Below are positions 18,409 to 26,883 of a stretch of DNA of 64,000 bases, in pieces (positions within the stretch are counted from its first letter, which is position 1; every line of letters starts with the position of its first letter). The position numbers and the translations under genes are program-made. The DNA lies in contig CBDFJG010000004.1 of NCBI GenBank assembly GCA_965248445.1, positions 64,001-128,000 of the forward strand, given 5' to 3'. The notes beneath the pieces were generated by a model. It worked only from the letters and a program-made list of their open reading frames with translations, was not told the origin of the DNA and did not search any database. The stretch is from Planctomycetota bacterium (GTDB lineage: Bacteria > Planctomycetota > JAJSAM01 > JAJVHW01).

Positions 18409-18944
18409 GCCTTCGCTCCATGCACGCGCAGCGGCTTCATGGCGGCTTCCCCGCGACGCTGGCGCTGCTTGGCGTGGCCTTGGCAGTAGCGGCTCTTGCG
18501 CGTGCGCCCACAGCCCGGGAAGTCGCACGGTCGGGGGTCTTTCACGCGCCGGACGATCACCCGGATGAACTGCGGGGGTGCGCCCAGGCTCCAGACCGAG
18601 GTGTGTCCGTTGACGCAGTGCAGGTACCGCTCGTCTCGCCGGTTGCCGCCCTTGTGAGCCGCCCACAACTCCTCGTCGCAGTCCGGGCAGTCAGCACGGA
18701 TACGCAAGCCGCGAAACCACGGCACGGACAAGCCATCAGGGGCGTCCAAGGCCACGCCTCTCCGCTGGCGCGCCAGATGGGTGTTGCACAATCCGCGAGA
18801 CCAGATCGGTCGAGGGCAGCCGTCTATCGGGCAGGAGTTGACGCCCCTGGCAGCGCCCACGCTCGAGTTCTTCCCGCTCACGACTGCCCCTCGGGCTGGC
18901 CGGCGTAGTGGCGGCGGGCGGCCGGTGGCGGTAGGTTCGGACAC
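18405..18944 (-). CDS. Cys/His-rich zinc-finger phage protein
   Basis: Two CxxxGC...C..H repeats flanking a CPDC...CVNGH ribbon. Confidence 0.65.
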   Translation of the reverse strand: MSEPTATGRPPPLRRPARGAVVSGKNSSVGAARGVNSCPIDGCPRPIWSRGLCNTHLARQRRGVALDAPDGLSVPWFRGLRIRADCPDCDEELWAAHKGGNRRDERYLHCVNGHTSVWSLGAPPQFIRVIVRRVKDPRPCDFPGCGRTRKSRYCQGHAKQRQRRGEAAMKPLRVHGAKA

Positions 18945-19299
18945 ATCGGACCCTCCGTGGGTTCGTCAGGGCTGGGGGGACTCGTCGGCAAACTGGACCC
19001 CCCCGGCCCGCCTCTGTTCTGTCAGCTCATGCGGCCTGGTGCGCCGCCCCCCGGTGGGTGCCCGCGGGCAGATCCACGCGCGGAGCGCGAACCCGACTCA
19101 CCCCGGTGGCCGGTGCGCGGATTCCGCCGCTGGCGCCCTCGACGAGGACGGATCGAGCGTTTTCCGCGATTGCCCGAAACGAAACGCGGGCTCGCTGCAT
19201 CAGGGAGATATGGGGTCCCGGTTCGCTGGGCCGCGCGTTCGCCGGAGATGACGCAGGAATCGCAACTTCCTTGTAATCTCGCTTCGAGGGTCCTTCAGG

Positions 19300-20342
19300 C
19301 ATGCATATCCGGTTAATGACCGCGCCCACTACATCTTGTGCTAGAAGGGCAGCGGGCTTGCAGGCTCGTCGGCGTAGACCTGTTCGTACGTGCGCGGCGG
19401 CGTCTTCGCCGCGATGCCGAGGACCGTCTGGAACGCTGCCTGCGGCGTGCGTCTCCTGTTGAACCGGAACGTGAACTCGTCGAGATACCGCTGCAGGTGC
19501 TTCTTCGAGACCCGGCCGTGGTGCGTGCCTACGAGCCAGGTCTTGAGGTTGGAGAAGACCAGGTGCAGGTGCCTCAGGACGTCCGCCTGCGCCGCGCCCA
19601 TCATCGTGGACTCGATCCCGTGCTCGTAGCCGAGTTTCTCGACTGCGTCGTAGGTCTCGTGGCCGTCGGTCACGACGAGCGCCCCACGCTCGATGCTGTC
19701 CTTGACGAACGCCAGCAGGTGCGGCTTCGATGAGGCCGGCACGTGGCGCAGCCGGATGCGTCCGGGCTGTGTGCCTCTCTTCGTCGGACGCACCTCGACC
19801 GCGCCGACCACGACGGCCTTGTCTGCCGCGGTGCGCTCCTCTCGGCCTCGAAACGGCGCTCCGATCAGCGCCTCGTCGACCTCGACGACGCCGAACAACT
19901 GCGCGCGCTCCGGCGCGACCATCGCAGATCGCAGTTTCTGGAGCATCTGGTACGCGGTCTCGTAGCGGGTCAGACCGAGCTGTCGCTGGAGTGCGAGCGC
20001 AGAGACGCCCCGCTTGTCCGTCGTCATCAAGTACGCGGCCCACATCCAGGACTTCAGCGGCAGCCGGCTGCGATGCAGCACTGTGCCCGCGGTGACCGAC
20101 GTGATCAGGTCGCAGCCCACGCACCGCATCGCTCTTCGATCTGGACGGGGCCAGTACTTCTTGCCGCCGCACCGGCGGCAGCGGAACCCGTCGGGCCAAC
20201 GACACTGCACGAGGTACTCGAGGCACTGCTCTTCCGTCGCGAACTGCTCCGTGAACTCCACGATGTTGCGAGGGTAGCCCGGCTTCGGCATGCGTCCGAG
20301 ACACTACCCCTTGGGGTCACGGTCGTCAACCGGATATGCATG
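19300..20342 (-). mobile_element. IS1595-family IS (ISSod11-group-like ends), copy 1 (1043 bp), no TSD
   Basis: TIR CATGCATATCCGGTT at both ends. Flanks CCTTCAGG and GTTTGGAC differ. Confidence 0.93.
19341..20291 (-). CDS. IS1595-family transposase
   Basis: N-terminal Zn ribbon, VEVDE, VVTDG and HLQRYLDEFTFRFNRR motifs. Confidence 0.95.
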   Translation of the reverse strand: MPKPGYPRNIVEFTEQFATEEQCLEYLVQCRWPDGFRCRRCGGKKYWPRPDRRAMRCVGCDLITSVTAGTVLHRSRLPLKSWMWAAYLMTTDKRGVSALALQRQLGLTRYETAYQMLQKLRSAMVAPERAQLFGVVEVDEALIGAPFRGREERTAADKAVVVGAVEVRPTKRGTQPGRIRLRHVPASSKPHLLAFVKDSIERGALVVTDGHETYDAVEKLGYEHGIESTMMGAAQADVLRHLHLVFSNLKTWLVGTHHGRVSKKHLQRYLDEFTFRFNRRRTPQAAFQTVLGIAAKTPPRTYEQVYADEPASPLPF

Positions 20343-20460
20343 GTTTGGACCCGGTGCACGTTGAGGCATCCGCTCGAGGACGACGCTGCCATCAGTTACG
20401 CGGCCTCAGCTTGCGCTGGGCCCGTTCAGCCACCGCAGTCGCCGCACCTTCGAGTTGGGA
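20343..20460 (-). ncRNA. putative guide (bridge/seek) RNA region of IS110 element 1, 3'-truncated by IS1595
   Basis: Long non-coding end downstream of the transposase (IS1111-type layout). Contains GTAACTGATG, a 9/10 match to the element's inferred flank. Confidence 0.55.
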
Positions 20461-20534
20461 GATGGGCATCGCCCGCGTAGGCGCGTTGCTCGGTCGATCA
20501 GGCTCCCGTGTTGTTCGTGGTGTTCAGTCGGTCA

Positions 20535-21578
20535 TCACGCCGCTCGAGCGAGCGGCTCGTACGCGCGGTCCTTCGTCCAGAGCGCGTGGAAGAGTACGGC
20601 GAGCTTGCGGGCCACCGCGACGGTCGCCCGCTTCTTCGCGTTCTTCCCGCCGCGCTCCGCCAGTGCCAATCCCCAGCGTCTCACGTCGCTGTCGGGCCCA
20701 TGCGGCCCGAGCACGTAGTGCGCGCACTGCACGAGCAGGCGGCGGAGCATTCGATCGCCACACTTCGTGATCCTCAGCTGTCGGTCGATCTTGCCCGACT
20801 GGTCCTGACGCGGCACCACGCCGATGTACGCTCCCACGTCGCGACTGCGGGAGAAACGCCCCGGGTCGTGGATGACGAGCACGTAGGCCAGCGCGGTCAG
20901 CGGCCCCACACCGGCGACCTGGCGCAGACGCTTCGTCATCGGATAGACCTCCTGGCAGAGTCGCGCGACGTGCTCGTCGTAGCGATCGATCGTCTTCGTG
21001 AGAGACTCGATCGCGTCCAGCAGTGGAGTCAGCGCGTCCCGCAGGACCTCGGGCACGGACTCGCGCACCCGCCGGTGGAAGCTCCTCGCAGAGCACGACG
21101 GCAGTCGATGCCCCAGCGACTTGACGGCGCCGCGTGCGGCATTCACGAGTTTCGTGCGCGCAGAGACCACGCGCTCCCGCGCGCGCAGCAGCGCCATGTC
21201 GGCCTGCATGGACTCGCCCCGGTGGACCACCGGATGCAGCAGGCCGGGATGCCCCGCACCGAGCTGCGCCAGCACCAGTGCGTCGCGCCGATCCGTCTTC
21301 TTCGGCGAGTCCCAGATCGCTCGCAGCCGTCGCGCGTCCGCCACGATCACGTCGTGGCCGTGGGACGCGACCAGCCGGCTGATCCACGGAGAGTGCGTCC
21401 CGCTCTCCATCACCACCTTGGACCGCTCCGTCTGCTCGAAGAACTTGCCGAGCGCCTTGCGTGTCGCCCCGACCCGTCCCTCCCCGACGACCTCCCCCGT
21501 CTTGCGGTCGAGCATGCAGACATGCACCACGCGATCACCCAGGTCCATCCCGATCACGAAACGTGTAGCCTTTGCCAT
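20535..21578 (-). CDS. IS110-family recombinase (element 1, non-coding region 3' of the gene)
   Basis: DEDD RuvC-like IGMDLG, VMESG, KTDRRDA; GVVPRQDQSG catalytic Ser loop; VAVARKLA. Confidence 0.95.
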   Translation of the reverse strand: MAKATRFVIGMDLGDRVVHVCMLDRKTGEVVGEGRVGATRKALGKFFEQTERSKVVMESGTHSPWISRLVASHGHDVIVADARRLRAIWDSPKKTDRRDALVLAQLGAGHPGLLHPVVHRGESMQADMALLRARERVVSARTKLVNAARGAVKSLGHRLPSCSARSFHRRVRESVPEVLRDALTPLLDAIESLTKTIDRYDEHVARLCQEVYPMTKRLRQVAGVGPLTALAYVLVIHDPGRFSRSRDVGAYIGVVPRQDQSGKIDRQLRITKCGDRMLRRLLVQCAHYVLGPHGPDSDVRRWGLALAERGGKNAKKRATVAVARKLAVLFHALWTKDRAYEPLARAA

Positions 21579-21669
21579 AGCCGGTTCCTCCTCGGGCTCG
21601 CAAGCCCGTCAGCGCCTCTGGAAACCGCTACGGGTTACACCGAGGCAGGGACCGGCCTTCTTGTATGAC

Positions 21670-21880
21670 GTCCACTCATGCCCGCGACCTACGGTGGACA
21701 GAGATCGACGAGAGCCGGGAGAGGGTCGCCGCGGCCTTCACGAGGCGCAGTCCTCGGAGATGAGATTGGCGCCCTCGACCGGCGACCCACGCTCGGACGG
21801 GATCCTGAGGCGCGCAGACGCGCGTCCTCGCATGAACAAGGATGAGTACGGTCGCCGGCTCCGAGGCTCCCGGTCCTCCT
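21670..21880 (+). ncRNA. IS110 bridge RNA (target-binding and donor-binding loops); ends approximate
   Basis: Two stem/internal-loop/stem modules. Guides: CGGCCTTC 21732-39, GAGATGAG 21757-64, ACGGGATC 21797-804, ACAAG 21836-40. Confidence 0.88.
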
Positions 21881-22924
21881 CGTCGCATGACAGGAGGTGC
21901 ACGATGCGCTACGCGGGGATAGACATCGCTTCGAAGAAGCACGTCGTGGCGGTGATGGACGAGGACGAAGAGATCCTGGTGCGGCCCACCGCCTTCGGTG
22001 AGGACGCACAGGGCTACGAGGAGCTCTTCGAGTTGCTCGGCGTCCCTCGAGACGTGCTCGTGGCCTTGGAGGCGACCGGGCACTACTGGCGCAACTTGGC
22101 GGCGGAGCTTCTCTCGCGCGGTTTCGCCATGGTGCTGATCAATCCGCTGCGGACCCACCGCTTCGCCGGCGAGGACCTGCAGCGGACCAAGACCGATGCC
22201 ATCGACGCCCTCGGGCTCGCCCGGTTCGCTCGCCAGAAACGCCCGGAGCCCACGCGGCTGCCCGACTCCGGCACCGAGGAACTGCGCGAGCTCGTCAGAC
22301 TCAGGGATCGCGTGGTCCAGGACTTTGGAGACCGGGTCCGCCGGCTTCACCGCTTGGTGGACCTGGGTTTCCCGGAGTTCACACGCCACGTCCGCACCCT
22401 CGACAGCGAACTCGCCACGGCGCTGCTCAACCGCCATCCCACCGCGCAGGCCTTTGTGGGTGTCTCGGTCAAGCGACTCGCCGCGCTCCATTACGACGGA
22501 CGTCACCGAGTCGGGCGGCAGCTTGCCCAAGACCTGGTCCGTGCAGCCAAGTCGTCCGTGGGCCGCCACCACGCCGAGGCCTATCGCACTCAGGTCCGGT
22601 ACGCCTGCGAGGATCTGGACTTGCTGCGCCGGCGCCTTCGCGACTTGGAGAAGCTGATCGGGGGAACCCTGGAGCACCACGAGGTCGGCAAGCTCCTCAC
22701 GACCATCGACGGCATCGGGCCACAGACCGCCGCGCGGCTCGTCGCGGAGCTGGGCGACATCACTCGTTTCCGCGACGCCAAGGCGCTGGCGTCATACATC
22801 GGGGTCGTCCCGGCACTCAAGCAGTCCGGACGCAACCAGGGCCAACGCGCCGCCATCACCCGCATCGGGCACGCCCGGCTGCGCAGGGCCCTGTGGATGC
22901 CCGTCCTGACCGCGGTGCGCAGGA

Positions 22925-23967
22925 CATGCATATCCGGTTGACGACCGTGACCCCAAGGGGTAGTGTCTCGGACGCATGCCGAAGCCGGGCTACCCTCGCA
23001 ACATCGTGGAGTTCACGGAGCAGTTCGCGACGGAAGAGCAGTGCCTCGAGTACCTCGTGCAGTGTCGTTGGCCCGACGGGTTCCGCTGCCGCCGGTGCGG
23101 CGGCAAGAAGTACTGGCCCCGTCCAGATCGAAGAGCGATGCGGTGCGTGGGCTGCGACCTGATCACGTCGGTCACCGCGGGCACAGTGCTGCATCGCAGC
23201 CGGCTGCCGCTGAAGTCCTGGATGTGGGCCGCGTACTTGATGACGACGGACAAGCGGGGCGTCTCTGCGCTCGCACTCCAGCGACAGCTCGGTCTGACCC
23301 GCTACGAGACCGCGTACCAGATGCTCCAGAAACTGCGATCTGCGATGGTCGCGCCGGAGCGCGCGCAGTTGTTCGGCGTCGTCGAGGTCGACGAGGCGCT
23401 GATCGGAGCGCCGTTTCGAGGCCGAGAGGAGCGCACCGCGGCAGACAAGGCCGTCGTGGTCGGCGCGGTCGAGGTGCGTCCGACGAAGAGAGGCACACAG
23501 CCCGGACGCATCCGGCTGCGCCACGTGCCGGCCTCATCGAAGCCGCACCTGCTGGCGTTCGTCAAGGACAGCATCGAGCGTGGGGCGCTCGTCGTGACCG
23601 ACGGCCACGAGACCTACGACGCAGTCGAGAAACTCGGCTACGAGCACGGGATCGAGTCCACGATGATGGGCGCGGCGCAGGCGGACGTCCTGAGGCACCT
23701 GCACCTGGTCTTCTCCAACCTCAAGACCTGGCTCGTAGGCACGCACCACGGCCGGGTCTCGAAGAAGCACCTGCAGCGGTATCTCGACGAGTTCACGTTC
23801 CGGTTCAACAGGAGACGCACGCCGCAGGCAGCGTTCCAGACGGTCCTCGGCATCGCGGCGAAGACGCCGCCGCGCACGTACGAACAGGTCTACGCCGACG
23901 AGCCTGCAAGCCCGCTGCCCTTCTAGCACAAGATGTAGTGGGCGCGGTCATTAACCGGATATGCATG
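22925..23967 (+). mobile_element. IS1595-family IS copy 2 with 8-bp TSD GCGCAGGA
   Basis: Same TIRs and length as copy 1. GCGCAGGA at 22917-22924 and 23968-23975. Confidence 0.97.
22976..23926 (+). CDS. IS1595-family transposase
   Basis: Protein identical to 19341-20291. Confidence 0.95.
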   Translation: MPKPGYPRNIVEFTEQFATEEQCLEYLVQCRWPDGFRCRRCGGKKYWPRPDRRAMRCVGCDLITSVTAGTVLHRSRLPLKSWMWAAYLMTTDKRGVSALALQRQLGLTRYETAYQMLQKLRSAMVAPERAQLFGVVEVDEALIGAPFRGREERTAADKAVVVGAVEVRPTKRGTQPGRIRLRHVPASSKPHLLAFVKDSIERGALVVTDGHETYDAVEKLGYEHGIESTMMGAAQADVLRHLHLVFSNLKTWLVGTHHGRVSKKHLQRYLDEFTFRFNRRRTPQAAFQTVLGIAAKTPPRTYEQVYADEPASPLPF

Positions 23968-24407
23968 GCGCAGGAACCCCTGGCTGCGCGCCTTCTACGA
24001 ACGGCTTCGGTCCCAGGGCAAGCTCCCGAAGGTCGCCCTCGTCGCGTCCATGCGAAAGCTCCTGGTCGCCGTCCACTGGGTGGCTCGAAACAAACAGCCC
24101 TTCGTCCCCCGGCCCACACCCGTGGCCACGTCGGCCACGCAGGTGCCCGCATGAGCCACGAGTCTTCCGAGCGAACTCGCGCGCGCTCCGCCGCCCCGGA
24201 TTCATGCCCGAGCCGACAGGCGAAGGCGTCGCACCACCCAACCTGTCCTCGCGGCCCGCCGAGCGCGGTCCCCGCGCGCAGGCGAGGCGGGCAGCGCCAA
24301 CAACGCTCTAAGAACCTTGGTCGAGAAGACGGGATCTCATCTCATCAGGTACTCCTCAAGATCGTCGAGCGAAAGCTCTTCGGGTAGGCGAGACGGTAGA
24401 CCCAGGT

Positions 24408-25064
24408 TCACTCGTCCGCGCCGCGGTGGCGCGTCGCCTCCTCGTCCACCCAGTCCTCCTCCTCGTAAGTCATGCCGCGACGACCGGGGACGCTTCGTGT
24501 GGGTCCCGCTCGATAGATCGGGCACGCGAGCGGTCCGTAGCAGAAGGTCTCGCGCCGGTGCCGCTTCCGGTCGCGGTTCCACTGGTCGATGATGATCTCT
24601 ACGGGCATCTCGCAGCCCCATACGCAGCTCGCGCAGCGCGCCGCGTAGGTACGAGCGGCGAGTCGTCGATGACCGCGTCGGCGGTACTCAGTGAGCGACG
24701 GCGCAAGGCCGTGCCAGGGCGGATCGTCGCCCTCGGTCATGCGCTCTCCGGGCGCGTGCTTCAGCGCGCTCACGCGGTAGAACTCCGCTGTCTCAGTCCG
24801 CGGATCGGCGACCGACACCGCCTTGCCCGACAGAGCGTCGCCAATGCGGAAATCGTGCTTCACGTGCTGCGACTTGCTGACGGCAACGGCGAACTCGTGG
24901 GGGTCACCATCGACCTCGCCGTCAAGCCGCAGGACGTATCCCAGGTAGGAGTGCGTGCGCTCGTCGAACGAGCGTGTGAGCCGGATGCGGGGCTGGACCG
25001 AAACGATGCGGCCCGACCACGAACGCTTCGGTCCAAGAGTCCGTCGCCGACGTCGCAGCGGCAC
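24408..25064 (-). CDS. conserved hypothetical protein with Cys cluster (start uncertain)
   Basis: VQPRIRLTRSFDER...CASCVWGC...ETFCYGPLACP; protein-like composition. Confidence 0.75.
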   Translation of the reverse strand: MPLRRRRRTLGPKRSWSGRIVSVQPRIRLTRSFDERTHSYLGYVLRLDGEVDGDPHEFAVAVSKSQHVKHDFRIGDALSGKAVSVADPRTETAEFYRVSALKHAPGERMTEGDDPPWHGLAPSLTEYRRRGHRRLAARTYAARCASCVWGCEMPVEIIIDQWNRDRKRHRRETFCYGPLACPIYRAGPTRSVPGRRGMTYEEEDWVDEEATRHRGADE

Positions 25065-25069
25065 AAGAC

Positions 25070-25143
25070 TAGCGGCGACCCGTTTCTGGATCCAGCCTCA
25101 GATCAACCTCGAATCGGGGCTCCTGGCCCCCGTGAACGGTTAC
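25070..25143 (-). mobile_element. isolated left end of an IS66-family element
   Basis: TIR GTAACCGTTCAC plus the subterminal CTGAGGCTGGATCCAG motif shared with the other IS66 left ends. Confidence 0.6.
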
Positions 25144-25291
25144 CCGCACCCGCCCCCAAGTGCATCCCCAAGTCGGAATGGAGGCGCGTCGCGAATTCCG
25201 CGAATACCGGCGAATGGACGATGGTAGCAAGTCGTTGAGGCACGTCCGGCTTCCCTGACTCAGAGCATTATGGGCGTTTCCCTCCCCCATC

Positions 25292-26036
25292 GTACCCGTT
25301 CACGCCTTCGTCCTGAGCCCGGATCCAGCCATCGGCGCTGGCGGTCGATCAAGAGGGTGTGGGCGAAGATCTTCCCAGCGATGTGGCGGAGCTGCGCGAG
25401 CTCGTCGGTCGCCTGCTGCGTCGCATCGCCGAGCTCGAGGGTCGAGAGCGCCAGCACTTGCGGCGCATCGGGCGCATCGAGCAGCTGGAGTCGCGCCTCA
25501 GGCGCGACTCCAGCACGTCCTCACGCCCTCCGTCGAGTGACGCTCCGTGGTCCAAGCGCCGCGGCCATCGCCGTCCGCCGTCTGGCAAGAAGCAGGGCGC
25601 TCAGCCCGGCCATCCGGGCAAGACGCGCAACCTCGTCGATCCAGGCGACGTCGATGAGATCGTCAACCACGAGCCGAGCGCGTGCCGCACATGGGGACAC
25701 GACGAGCTCGTGGACAGCGATCTTGCGCCTCGCCGCCACCAGGTGACCGAGATCTCGCCGCTCTTGGCGACGATCACCGAGCACCGCCTACACGGGCGGC
25801 TCTGCCGGCACTGCGGCGACGAGGTCTTCGCCGATCTGCCCGAAGGCGTGTCCCCCAGCGCCTTCGGGCCGCGGCTGCAGGCTCTGGTCGTCACCCTCGT
25901 GGCCGCCTACCAGCTGAGCCGTTCCGAGGCGGCACGTCTGCTCTCCGAGGCCTTCGACGTGAAGATCTCGGTCGGCAGCGTCAGCAACATCGAGCGGCGG
26001 ATGTCCCGGGCGCTCGAGGCCGCGTTCGAGCGGACG
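25292..26036 (+). mobile_element. truncated IS66-family element (5' part of transposase from 25359)
   Basis: TIR GTACCCGTTCAC; leucine zipper, SSRPPSSD, GAQPGH, Zn ribbon, FGPRL. The DDE region is missing. Confidence 0.88.
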
Positions 26037-26054
26037 CTTGAGCCGTTGCGCGGG

Positions 26055-26305
26055 ACCGCTGCACTATCGCTGCACAACGTCCGCCCGCTCCTGCGGCTTG
26101 TGCGGCTTGTGCAGCGAGGGGCACGCGTAAGTCCTTGCTGGACAACGATCTCTCGTTGCTTCGGGAGCAAGAGGCCGGAGGTTCAAATCCTCTCGCCCCG
26201 ACCACTTGTAACCATTGCCGCACGAGCGAGTTACGGCGACTTCGCGCGCCCCATTCGGACCCCGCGTTTCAGGCCGATTCCGGCTACCGCTGCACTACCG
26301 CTGCA
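26055..26305 (+). other. attP-like site: tRNA-derived core flanked by arm-type direct repeats
   Basis: ACCGCTGCACTA(T/C)CGCTGCA at 26055-26074 and 26286-26305, on either side of the tRNA fragment. Confidence 0.7.
26156..26204 (+). tRNA. 3' fragment of tRNA-Pro(CGG) (att core, not a complete tRNA)
   Basis: TTGC-TTCGGGA-GCAA anticodon arm, GGAGG-TTCAAAT-CCTCT T arm, CGCCCCG-A-CCA end. No D arm or 5' acceptor strand upstream. Confidence 0.88.
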
Positions 26306-26398
26306 GATCGTCACGCGACCGACGGGAGCGATCGACGCTGTGAGGTGGCGCTCTCCGTCGTCGGCGTCGCACAGGGGGCGCCCGTTACGATGGGGGGC

Positions 26399-26525
26399 AT
26401 GGCGACGCATCCCTTCTCGATCGGCGAACTGGCCCGAGCCGTGGGCGTCCCGACGTCCACGCTGCGCTACTCCGAGCGCGCGGGCATCCTGCGGCCTACG
26501 GGTCGGACCGGGGCGAACTACCGCC
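26399..26525 (+). pseudogene. MerR-family HTH fragment
   Basis: FSIGELARAVGVPTSTLRYSERAGILRP...ANYR, after which similarity is lost. Confidence 0.8.
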
Positions 26526-26575
26526 AGAGAACACCAGGAACCCGACTGCCATGCTGAACCTCCCCCCAATGGGCC

Positions 26576-26880
26576 GTGCTCACGACCCTGCTCCTGGCTT
26601 CGGTCGCTGCCACCGTTGGACTCGCCTTCACCTCAGGCGAGGTGTCGGCCAACGCAACGGACACCGTCATCTGCCCGCAGACCGGCGAAGAGATCTCCCA
26701 GGACGACTGCCCGCTCGTCGATGCGACTCGCCCGGACTGCCCTGGGAAGATCGAGTGCCCTGTGACCGGCGAACTCGTCTGCCGTGACCGCTGGACCGCT
26801 GCCCGCTGGAGGCCGAGGCTCAGGCAGCAGGGGCCGACGACGTCCCTGCGTGCTGCAAGCAGAAGTGATCCGACGAGGGG
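26576..26880 (+). pseudogene. small secreted Cys-rich protein, frameshifted remnant
   Basis: Signal-like N-terminus; repeated ICPQTGE / IECPVTGE motifs. Confidence 0.5.
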
Positions 26881-26883
26881 CGC

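Larger units (their letters stand above)
9190..19299. mobile_element. prophage remnant (integration plus early/recombination genes only)
   Basis: Integrase converging on a translationally coupled (ATGA/GTGA) minus-strand operon of phage-type genes. It ends abruptly at an IS1595 TIR. No structural genes in the window. Confidence 0.8.
21904..24154 (+). pseudogene. IS110-family recombinase (element 2) split by IS1595 copy 2
   Basis: AGGAGG RBS; AGIDIAS, LEATG, KTDAIDA, GVVPALKQSG. The frame resumes after the TSD as RNPWLRAFYERL...KVALVASMRKLL and ends at TGA 24154. Confidence 0.93.
21660..24337 (+). mobile_element. IS110-family element 2 (IS621-like), CT core at both ends, interrupted by IS1595
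   Basis: Left end CTTGTAT (21660), right end ACGGGATCT (24329-24337). Both ends and both flanks are matched by guides in its non-coding left end. Confidence 0.9.

Noticed and set aside
21689..21696. CTACGGT as the left end of IS110 element 2
   Set aside because: The guides and the 17-bp promoter spacing fit the CT at 21660-61, not this CT.
20998..21903. N-terminal extension of the 647-aa ORF
   Set aside because: It is antisense to IS110-1 and runs through the bridge RNA; the RBS and family N-terminus are at 21904.
19300..23967. IS1595 composite transposon carrying the IS110 genes
   Set aside because: Copy 2 has its own TSD and the outer flanks do not match, so the copies inserted independently.
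26130..26204. Complete tRNA-Pro gene
   Set aside because: No 5' acceptor strand (CGGGGCG expected) or D arm; only the att-core 3' part is present.
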